Assembly: GCA_043228905.1 (NCBI GenBank)
Contig: JBHGNT010000005.1
Coordinates: forward strand, 24,118,001 to 24,182,000
Direction: 5' to 3'
Length of the DNA stretch: 64,000 nucleotides
DNA from: Azolla caroliniana
Lineage: Eukaryota; Plantae; Polypodiophyta
The position numbers and the translations under genes were made by a program. The number at the start of each line of letters is the position of its first letter. The stretch's first letter is position 1. The notes beneath the pieces were generated by a model. It searched no databases. It was not told where the DNA came from and was given only the letters and a program-made list of their open reading frames with translations. Shown piece by piece: positions 24,101 to 34,021 of the stretch.

Positions 24101-25158
24101 GTTTTGCTTCGTCCGTGGTCCCTAGGTTCACCTCTTCTAGTTGCGACGCTTTTACGCGCTGTGAAACGGCCATTTCCCGTTCCAACGCTTCCTGCGCTTG
24201 CCGTAACTCCCGGATTGCGTCTTTATCCGGTTCTGCTTCAGCCTCTTCCGATTGCGGTAAGTATGGTGCTACTGCTTCGGCAATGTCAATTTCGAAGAGG
24301 GGTATGATCTTCGGGTTTTCCTGCAGGTACTGAGCTTCTTCTTCGTCCGCTTACCCTTCTAGCATGTTGACGCATTCTGCATACAATGGTGTACATTCCT
24401 TGCCAGTGCTCGTCCTTGGTTGTGTTGGTACCCGTACCTTGGCTTTCCCTCGCCGGAAGGTAATTATATTTTTCCTCCAATTCTGTTTGATATGTGCCGT
24501 TTTCAACCATGGCCGCCCCAGCAATAGCGGGTATGCGCCTTGTGCCTGTAATTGTAGCACTATGGCCGAGATGTGAAATGTATGACCGCCGACGGTGACT
24601 TCTAATTTCCGTATTAATCCTGTCGGCCGTACTGAGCTTGTATCGGCCATCCGCAACCAGAACGGACACGGCTCCCACTCGTGGATTCCTAGGGCATCAC
24701 ACGTCCGGAGGCTTATTACATTCACCCCAGAGCCTCCGTCTAGAACTATGCCGGGGAGTTCTTTCCCTTTTACAATGGCAGTGATTACCGAACTGTTGGT
24801 GTCTCCTCCGGATTCGAGAAGAGTACCGGTGCCGGTGATGGTTCTCCTGCCATCATGGCCATCTTCAGTCCTTGAATCTTGGCACGAGTTGTAGGAGTCT
24901 TCCTAGTGGCAACGTAATCTGGCATTCTTGCAACGCCTGCCATGTCTCGTTCTCGGAGTGACTACCGCCAGCAAGCCCTACGGTGTTCTCCTTTTGCCAT
25001 TGTAAGTCTGTGACGTTCTGTTCATTTGCTTTCTTTACCCATTCCGTTGCTTGTTTCCGGATGGTTTCCTGCGTCTCCCATTCCTTGGCCATGCCCTTCG
25101 ACCTTGTGGTCACCTGCTGCAGATCTGCCACCTCAGGGACTACCATATTTACCGCCGA
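21198..25158 (-). pseudogene. Element A pol (PR-RT-RNase H-integrase)
   Basis: VLDGGSGVN protease; FLDD RT; VDASD RNase H; HCGVAGGH..C..C; WGLDFVGP; ISDQGGHF; QANGLAE; C-terminal KWVNGFRLKPY. No chromodomain and no second RNase H seen. A few stops/frameshifts. Confidence 0.95.
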
Positions 25159-27051
25159 TCATTTTTCATAGCTCTTCACCGGGCATTGGTTACTATAATG
25201 GCCTTCATGTCGGCAGTAGTAGCAGTAGGCTTTCCGAGTATTGCTAGATTCGGCATTGTCTGTTGTACCCGGGGCAGGTCTTGCGGTACGCGCGGGGTTT
25301 TGGACCGGTTGGCTGCTTGGAGCCCCTTGTTCTGGATCCCGGGGGTAGCCGCCTTTTCTAAAATGTCGTTTTTTGTTATAGCTCTTCTTATTGCGGTACT
25401 CTTGACGGGGTTGCCCGTTATATTTGCCGTATTCCTCCCGTTGCTGACAATACCCGGGGGAGTGCTCCCGGTCGTAATGTTCATATCGTCCATTGTAATC
25501 CCGGTACCGATCATGCCGGTCATAGTTATCCCGCCGATCACCGTACCGGACATCATTCTCCCGTCGATCACCATACCGGACATCCTGTGCCGGTCGGTCA
25601 CGGTCCATTTGCCGCCAGCGTTCGTCTTCTTCATCCCGGTTGCTGCGTGGCTCAATTTGTTGGACGGGCGGTGCTTGCCGGTTCAACAGATTATACTCGC
25701 ACCTATCCGTCGTATGGCTCTTGGATTGACAAATTACACATTGCGTCCTCATAGTGCATTCTAGAGCCGAGTGTCCGGAATTCAAGCAGGTTGTGCACTG
25801 TATTGCTTGCCGAAACCGGAGGTCTTCATCGGACAGTAACGCCCGTTGGAGTGCTCCCAGTGTGAGCCAGGAGGTTGTCTTTTCCATCTCTCTCACCCGG
25901 TCAATAACCTGGTCGATGGTACTTGTGCAGAAGTCAATTACCGTGCAAACCGTGCGTAGGGGTTCCCGGAGCGCGTTTAGGAATATAGTCCGTAATTCTT
26001 GCTCCAGGGGTGCGTGGGCAAGCTGACTATGCATCCGTTGAAACCGGATGAAAAATTGGGGAATGCTCTCCCCTGCCTCTTGTCGGATGGTATAAAATAA
26101 GCCTACCATTACGGTCTGGTCCACCTCCTTTTGAGAAAAATGCAAGAATTTAACTTTTAAATCTGCAAAGGTGGTGATGGTAGACGGGTCCTGCGTCCGG
26201 TGCCATCTTGCTGCCCGTCCCTCCAATGTGACGCCAAATTCCGCTATCTTAGAGCGTTCTTCTTCCTCCGAGGTCAATCGCTGGGACACATGGTTGGCTT
26301 CCCATGTCTGTTCAAAGGCGTGCACATGAGCTTCCGCGTCCGGATCATCTCTATACTTGGAGTACTGGAACGGCATGTCGTCGTCCGGTATCGGTGCGCG
26401 GGCTGGTAGGGTTTGTGCTTGTTCCGGAATTTTCTCCGGCGTCGGTGGTCTTTCCCGATTTGTTTCCGGCGTCGGTGGTTTTTCCTTTTCTTGTGGTGAC
26501 GGAGGCCTCTCCTCTTCGACTTCCGGTATCGGAGGTCGCTCTTCGTCTACTGGTTCCGGGGGTTCCAGCGTTAGCACTTCCGGTTCCAGTGTCGGTAAGG
26601 TATCCGATCCTTCGTCCTCCAGTCCGCCCAGGGTTTCGTTGCTGCTACGGTAGTTCGTGTGCACGTTGTATTCCCCTTCGGAGTTCGATTCATATGCTGA
26701 AAAGGCTTCTGCTTCGCCTTCTCCATTTGCCAACGCGTGGAGAAGGGATTCGGTTTCCCGGAGGCTGCTTAGGCTGTTGTCGTCGTCCGGGTGCGATGAT
26801 TGCTGTAACCAGAGGGAGTCCTCCGCTACTCTCTGGATTACGATGGAAAACGAGCGATCCGCTCTAATTTCCTGCACCGCTTGTTGGAAAGCTTCGCGTC
26901 TCCTTTGCCTTTCGGCAAGGCGTCGAGTTCGATCTGTAACCAGGTCGTGCGTTGATCTAGACATCCATCTGTGCCGTCGTTCGCTGCAAAAACAGGAATC
27001 GTGGTCGCCAAAAACTGTGTTAACTCTTAGGGCCGGACAATGGCCTAACAC
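25159..27051 (-). CDS. Element A gag (630-aa ORF; probable start MSRS ~26967)
   Basis: Capsid-like DPDAEAHVHAFEQTW..FGVTLEGRAARW..IRQEAGESI; three CX2CX4HX4C knuckles; the stop is in frame with pol. Confidence 0.88.
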   Translation of the reverse strand: MLGHCPALRVNTVFGDHDSCFCSERRHRWMSRSTHDLVTDRTRRLAERQRRREAFQQAVQEIRADRSFSIVIQRVAEDSLWLQQSSHPDDDNSLSSLRETESLLHALANGEGEAEAFSAYESNSEGEYNVHTNYRSSNETLGGLEDEGSDTLPTLEPEVLTLEPPEPVDEERPPIPEVEEERPPSPQEKEKPPTPETNRERPPTPEKIPEQAQTLPARAPIPDDDMPFQYSKYRDDPDAEAHVHAFEQTWEANHVSQRLTSEEEERSKIAEFGVTLEGRAARWHRTQDPSTITTFADLKVKFLHFSQKEVDQTVMVGLFYTIRQEAGESIPQFFIRFQRMHSQLAHAPLEQELRTIFLNALREPLRTVCTVIDFCTSTIDQVIDRVREMEKTTSWLTLGALQRALLSDEDLRFRQAIQCTTCLNSGHSALECTMRTQCVICQSKSHTTDRCEYNLLNRQAPPVQQIEPRSNRDEEDERWRQMDRDRPAQDVRYGDRRENDVRYGDRRDNYDRHDRYRDYNGRYEHYDREHSPGYCQQREEYGKYNGQPRQEYRNKKSYNKKRHFRKGGYPRDPEQGAPSSQPVQNPARTARPAPGTTDNAESSNTRKAYCYYCRHEGHYSNQCPVKSYEK

Positions 27052-29898
27052 AGGGTGTCTACGGAAGACACTTCACCAAAGGGTGTTACGGCAACCGGAT
27101 TAGACTCAACGCTTACTCCGACTTAATTAAGTTACTAAGCACGATCGTCTTTCATAATCACACGCGTAAGATATAACAATTAAGACAGAACGGCAATTAA
27201 CACAAAGAGATAACGCTTAAGCTTTCATTAATTAACCGTTATTCATTACATTGTATTCGGGCCTTTAAATAGGTTTCCGGTCTGTATTACAAAACGGTGC
27301 CATCCGCACCTGTTCGGGATCGGTCCGGAGTGATGATCGGTGGCGGCGAGGGGACGAAGGCAAAGAACTGCGGATGGACGGTTTGCGAAGATCCTCACAC
27401 CGATCTGGCTGTCGGCCCGAGTGCCGGCGTGAAGTCCTATAGGAGAGATCGGTGGCGGCAGGTGAACGTGACCAGCCGAAGAGGCCGATGCGGCCGACGG
27501 AGGAGACAAGCGGCGGTGTCGTGACCTTACACACACTAGCGCTAGAGGCTCCGGCGGTTGGCCCGAGTGCCGGCGTGAGACCTAGAGCGACGGGCGATGG
27601 CGGCGGCAAGGCGGGCAAACCGAGGTCCCATGAAGATCCTCACACCGATCCGGCTGTCGGCCCGAGTGCCGGCGTGAGTCCTATAGGAGAGGACGGTGGC
27701 GACAGGTGAACGTGACCGGACGACGGAAGCAAAGAAAGAAGGTATCAGGCCGGTGAAGCGGCTACGAACCGAATCGGACCTACCAGCAAGGTCAGTGGGC
27801 ATAAGGAAGTCCGGTCCTACAAGATCCCCACACCAAACTAGAGACTCCGGTAGTTCGGCCAACGTGGCAACATAAGACCGAGAGAGAAGGTTGGTGGCAG
27901 CGGGAAACGAGACCCGGCAACAAGAAGGTGGGACCCGGCTACGCGGAAGACACGAGGAGAGTCGCAAAGGAATCCGACAAAAGACACCCGAATATCGGCA
28001 AGCAGAGAAACGGAGTCCGGTCCTATGGGACCCTCACACCGATCCGGAGAATCCGGTAGTTCGGCCAACGTGGCAACATGAGACCTAGGGAGAAGGACGG
28101 TGGCGGCAGGGAACAGGACCCGGCGACACGAGATTGCGGATCGGGAGTCGGTAAGACGGGGGCGGACGAAGTGCGAAACCCTTACCGGCCGGTTACAGTT
28201 TCGGAAGGAGCCGGCAAGGGCAAACACGGGGAGGTGTGTCGGGCCGGAAAGGCACACCTGGGGAGGAACAAGAGTCTTGCAAGTGGCCATCGCGGTGTCG
28301 CAAAAATACGACGAGGATACGTGAACTTTGAGGAAGGACCCCGGGGCCTCCGACCGGAAGATATCAATTTCGTATGTTTATATTAAACAATTAATGGAAA
28401 ATGAGAAAGATTGACAAATTTTATTAATAAATAGAAAAGAAAATTACAATAAATCCCAAGATTGGGATTACAAAAGTTTTATCTTAAGGAGATTACTAGA
28501 ATAATAGATTAGAGGAAATAAGAGATTATGATTCTTGAGTGATATGGCTTTGATAAGGAATTTTGGATTTTGAGAGATTGCTTCCCTATGGAAATTATGG
28601 TTTACTTGAGAGATAGCTTCCGTAGGGAAGATTAGGGTTTTTGAGTGTTATGGCTTCCGTAGGGAATTTAGGGTTTATGAGAGTTATAGGTTCAATAAGA
28701 TAAGAGAACCGAGAAGGAAAAGAAGAATAATGGAGAGAGAGTCTGAGTGTCGGAAAAAAATGGAATTTTATATGGAGTTTTCCCTTGATCATCTACGTGG
28801 CCACTTTTTGTTGCCTAGCGGAGCATGCATATGGCCGAACAAGGGCCAACGGAAGTACGCATACTACGGAGATCATGGCGAAGGACCCATCGACGGGTCG
28901 AACGAGCCTACGGGGAGGTAAGCGCGAAGGAAGAACCGAAGCCGACGGTTCAAACCGGCAGCGAGCCGGGATGCGGATTATGGAAGACCGGTTTCTCGCC
29001 GGCCAAAATCTCTCACCCTTCACCGGATTTGGCACGTACCGGTGGATGTGCAGTTTGGTGGGGGCGGATGTCGTGAAGAATTTCAGCCAGAGGCGGAAAC
29101 CGGGAAATATTGGCTACATCGGCGGGGTGCAACATGTGCGTTCACCCTTGTAAATTTAGTGTGAATAGCGAGGGCGCCTTTATGGTGCCGAAGGGTAATC
29201 AAGTCGGGACAAGAATCCCATCTAAGTCGGGATTTATCCCACATTGTAACGCATCTCCCTCCTTGTTCTATAAAAGGAAGGGAGCGCATCTTGTGAAGGG
29301 GTTGCCCATTTTGAGTCTTAAGGGTATACCGTTTTGTGTTTCTTTCTAGGGTTGGCTACATTCTTTCTTTTCTTCGTTTCTTTTCTGCTCCTTCTCGAGG
29401 AGTCGAGCAGTAGTTATGACGGCAAGTTCTTAGGTTTGTTTCTCTTCTTCTGTGCATAGCCGGCTCGCAGCCGGGGTTGTATCTCTCCTTGTTGTAGGTT
29501 ACTTCTGCTCGGCCTCCTGTGCAAGACCCCGCTCGGCGCGACGAGCCCGAGAGCTCCCCGACGGCGGCTTGGCGGCAGACTGCTATTGCGACGTAGCCTA
29601 CCTCAGTCCGGCTCGGAGTCGGAGTTTTAACTCACTCTTGTAATCATATATATATACAAGGTTGCGCATATTTGTGTCTCTGTCGGTGTCGGGTGCTTTC
29701 CCTTCCCTGTGTTTCCTGTAAATAAGAGGTGTGTGTTGTGTCGGTGTTGCGCGCGTGTTCTCTCCCTCTCTTCCTCTCTCCCGTTCGGTTGCTTCCGGAA
29801 CGCATCCGGAATCGTCTTCTCAGCTTCCCTTCTTCCCTCGTCCAAGACCCTTGTGGTCCCGCCCTTCTACACGCACGCACGAAACTTTGTGACAACGT

Positions 29899-31840
29899 GC
29901 TTGTACTAATGACGTTCACGCCGGACCCCCCATCGATGATGCATCCCGGTATTTCTTGACCTTTAAGTAACAATTTAATGGCCGGATTGTGGTGATCTAC
30001 TACTATTGGGCCGGTACTAGACTCCGCGAAATTGGCCGAGACATCTAATCCGGTTGTGCCTCGTATACGATTCTTTACCACCTGTCGGAATCGTGGAACC
30101 AAGCGGGGGAGCTTATCCATGGTCAGCGTTATTTCACAGTTTGTCAATGCTTGCCATATGGGGTCCGGTGCTAATACGTTATCATCCGTCTGGAAGCTGG
30201 CATTCACAGATTCTTGTTTCATACGTTCCATGTTCACAGCATTTGCTTTTTCTACCCACGCCTGGGCTGCTTTGCGTATCTCATCTTGTTCTGCCCATTC
30301 TGTGTTTTTCGCCTGTTGCCGCATTGTGACCTGTTGGACTTCTGTCGTGATAGTATTTATGGATGGATCTTTACGTTTGTGATGCGGACACTGCGTCCCG
30401 TAATGACTGGGTTGTTGGCACACAAAACAATGTATGCTTGACTCTCCTCTCTCTACAATCGATGGTGTATTGGTTTCTACCGGTACGGCTTGCTCTTCCC
30501 CAGTTTGCTAAATTCGCCTATTATTCCGGGGTTGTTGACGATATTCTCAGTGCTGCTCTAGGTGTTGTTCATCTTCTGAACTCTCTTCATAACGGCGTTG
30601 GTCCCTAGGCTGACGATTGTTACCATTTGGACGAGGTCCGTTGAATCCTCCACGATTGTTGGTAGGCCTTCGATTGTCGTAGCGAGGCCCCCTCCCTCCC
30701 CAATTGTAACGGTTGGTATTCCGATACTCTTCCTCTTCCTACTCTTCTTCGTCGGAATACGGGTTGTTGTTATGGTGGTGACGGTATTGGCGCTCCGTTC
30801 TTTGATTTTGGTCCGTATACCGGAGATGCTCCTCTTGCCGACCTAGGTCATTCCTGCGAAATTGCCATTGTGGCTCCATACGGCGTACTATAGGTGTGGG
30901 CATGTTCAACATATGTACTCACATTGATCCACCGTGTGTGCCCATAAGTGGCAAATGGGGCAATGTATTCTCATATTACATTCGATCGCGGAATGCCCGG
31001 AGTTTAAACAGATTGTGCAATAAATGGCTTGGTGGAATCGATGTTCCCCTTCTTGAGGCAATGCCTGCCGTAGTGATGCCATGGACAGTCCTTCATCTTC
31101 CTCCTCTAACTCGAGCTTCAATGCTCGCTCAATGACCATATCCGACGTTTCCCCTTTTACACTATGTGTTCAACGTCGTCCTGATAGGTCGTCGTAAGGC
31201 TCCCAAAAAAGTTTCCTTGGCCTCTTCGTCTATCGGGGCCCGTGTAAGGTTCCGTCGTAAACTCTGGAAACACAGACTGAAGTCCGCTATGGATTCTATC
31301 GGCACCCATGAAAAAAATGCAAGAACGCCGATTGCAATTGGTCGAAGGTTGTGATTGCTGCCAAATCCCTCTGGGAATGCCAGAACGCAGCTCGACCATC
31401 CAAAGTTAACCCGATTTCCGCAATCTTTGATGTGTGGGCTTCCACCTCTAGAAACCGTTGCGAGATGTGATTAGCATTCCAGACATTGAGGAACAATCGT
31501 ATGTGGCTCGCAGCATCGGTTTCTCCGTTGAAGCCGGGGTATGAAAAAGCTATTCCGATCGCGATGGTGACGATCGGCAATGGAAGGTTACTGTCACCGC
31601 AGTGTGGGCTACTATGGCATTTGTTCGCATTACTCTAGTCGTGTGGAGATAAGACTTCGTGATCGAAGCCACTCTGTTCTATGAGTGTGGAGTCTACCGT
31701 GCACTCTTGAAAAGAGGAGTTGTGGTTGTTGAGGCAGGGTTTCTGCGTAGCGCATTCTTTTGTCTATCTAGTATTGGATCTAGTTAGTGGTCGATCTTCT
31801 CGCATAGGTTCTCTGATACGTCAGCGGCTAGACATCCATT
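29899..31840 (-). pseudogene. Element C gag and protease N-part
   Basis: DAASHIRLFLNVWNANH..GLTLDGRAAFW; CTICLNSGHSAIEC; CPICHLWAHTVDQC; C..CQQPSHYGTQC; IIDGGSGVN. Confidence 0.88.
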
Positions 31841-32517
31841 CCTTGCTTGCTCGGCTGTGAGGATTCACAGATCATCAGGCGTGCCAAAAGTGTTACCAGT
31901 TAGGAACATAGTCCACCCTCAGTCCTTTGGGGTAGCTTACAAGGTGATCATGGTGCAAGGGAATAGGGATGCGTAGTGTGTGATTTGTAAGGCGTAAGGG
32001 GAAGACGGCTACAAACTAACCTCACTAGGGGCGTAGCACTCAACACGTACTTACCTTGTGTTTACGGCAACATAGTCTTGTATAGAGAACGAGACACGGA
32101 AATTAGAGACCACTAGAACAATAGACAGAATACCAAGATCAGAGAAGATAAAACTATATTAAACCGGCGCTCTCAAAATACGCTAGCTCTTTACAATGGT
32201 CTCTCGCCCTTTATATACACATGGCTTCTAATCGGTTACACTCCCTGTGTAGAACCGTTACACGCGTTACTTTAATGCTCCTAATATAATACTCTATTCT
32301 CCATGCGTTATGTACGACAGTTACAATTCCGCTGGACAACAAGAGTTGGAACGCAGTTGAGCAACAGGTGGAAGATCTTGAGGTCTTTGAGCGTTTGTCC
32401 AGAGGTGAGGTCTCTATTTGTGGTGCCTGCCTTTTTGTATGTCCCTTGGTTCACAAGACCTGGCCTTGTGCCCTAGATTTAGAATCTGTCCTACCATACT
32501 AGGACTTAATGACCACA

Positions 32518-32707
32518 CGTCCTATGAATCATTTGTACTTTCGTTTTCTCGTGTGGCGTGCATGTTCTTTAAATAGTTAGTGGGGTTTTTTTCTTTTTTC
32601 TTTTTTCTCATAACGTCCTATGAATCATTTGAACTTTCGTTTTCTCGTGTGGCGTGCATGTTCTTTAAATAGTTAGTGGGGTTTTTTTCTTTTTTCTTTT
32701 TTCTCAT
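32518..32707. repeat. ~95-bp tandem duplication in the E spacer between integrase and extra ORF
   Basis: CGTCCTATGAATCATTTG...TTTTTTCTCATA occurs twice, near-identical. Confidence 0.9.
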
Positions 32708-34021
32708 ACCTATAGTATAAAATTCCGGGCATTAGGTAGGGTAGTTACCGTGATTGGGGCCAGGTGCCCTCGAAATCTTCTGTTGTACCTACCACAGGCT
32801 GGTCCCGACCACGCTAGTGATCGGCGAAGGGATTAGTTGGTGTCTAGCCTAAGTATGGCTTTAGTCGAAAGCTGTTAACCCAAGTTTGCAACACATCCCC
32901 TATTAAGTGCTAAGTTAGAACGTTCCGTTCAATTTGTCGATAATCCAGAAGGGTTCCGTCCATCGGAAACGAAGTTTCCCGGCATCGAACCAAGCCGAGT
33001 TTGGAACATGAGAACCAGTTTCCCTGTCTCGAATGATTTTTCGGATCCTCGCCAATGTTGATCCACAAAATCTTTCCTTTGTCGCTGCCCATGTTCCAAT
33101 TCTGCGAGATTGGTGATGCGATCTTCCCCGAGCTCAATAATTGTTCGAGCCATTTTTGTTCAAATTCGGACTCGAGAAGTCATTTGGATATTTGAACACG
33201 TAAACTCGGCACCTAGAACTCAATTGGCATGATGGCTTCCAACCCAAAGGCCATTTGAAAGGGAGTAGATCGGATGTTGGTTTTGAACGTCATATAGTAC
33301 GCCCAGAGTGCACTATGTAGTTTATCATCCCAGTCGGTTCGATTCTCGTTCACGATCTGCTTGAGGATATTTTGTAATGTCTTGTGTGTGTATTCGGCTA
33401 GCCCATTTGCGTGAGGGTAGTATGGTGTGCTTTTTTTATGCACGGCCGCATAGTGTGTGGTTAGATCTAAACCTGGCGATTGAGAAAGTGACCTCCTTGG
33501 TCGCTCACTAGCTCGATTAGACAACCAAATCGACATCATAGGTACTCGTAAATGAACTTGGTGGTAGATATGGCCGTGTTGTCACATGGCGCCTTTGCTT
33601 TGATCCATTTCGTGCAATAGTCGGTAGACACGATTATGTACTTATTGCCAGTTTGGGCCGCGGCTGGTTTAAATGGACCGATGAAATCCAATCCCCACTT
33701 TTGGAAAGGTTCTAATGGAAGGACCGATTGGTGAGGCATAAGGGCTTGTACGGTGTGTTTGCCCATTCACTGACATAAGTTGTATTGTTTGTAGAATTCG
33801 TGAGTATCCTTCTTTGTTGTGGGCCACCACAACCCACTTTGCCAAATTTTCTGACTCGTGGCATCGCCGGCATAGAGACCGCCAGCTATCCCATGATGTG
33901 CTTCCCATAGGATCACATCCTTTTCAAATTGGCATGGTGCACGGCATGCCATCCAAACCTTTGTGGTACATGGTGTGTGTGAAAAGGCAAAAATTTCGAC
34001 CGCGAACTGCCAACCGTTTCT

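Larger units (their letters stand above)
17562..27329 (-). mobile_element. Element A: young Athila-like Ty3/gypsy; 3' LTR 17562-17997, truncated 5' LTR 27018-27329
   Basis: LTR copies nearly identical over ~310 bp. TGTTA...TAACA termini on the complete copy. PBS TGGCGACCACG (27010-27000). Order gag-PR-RT-RH-INT-extra ORF. Confidence 0.95.
17474..29894 (+). mobile_element. Family B copy B3 (5' LTR stub 17474-17561, 3' internal region 27330-29068, 3' LTR 29069-29894)
   Basis: 17474-17561 matches 29069-29156. G-rich PPT GGTGGGGGCGGA precedes 29069. 4-bp TSD ACGT (17470-17473 and 29895-29898); removing the insert restores the C protease frame VNVISTSTCTRLG. Confidence 0.9.
10534..32341 (-). mobile_element. 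Element C: full-span Athila-like Ty3/gypsy with paired LTRs (10534-10980, 31891-32341)
   Basis: Two ~450-bp direct repeats TGTTACC...GACAACA. 5-bp TSD AGAGT (10529-10533 and 32342-32346). Minus-strand TATATAAA in the LTRs. PBS TGGCACGCC at 31886-31878. Confidence 0.95.

Noticed and set aside
25159-25161. Programmed stop read-through between gag and pol of A
   Set aside because: The equivalent junction in C is open; the TGA is most simply a CGA>TGA mutation.
17562-27329. Element A transcribed opposite to its ORFs, using 18000-18016 as the only PBS
   Set aside because: TATA-like boxes in the A, C and E LTRs lie on the coding strand, a PBS is present before gag, and there is no PPT at the other end either.
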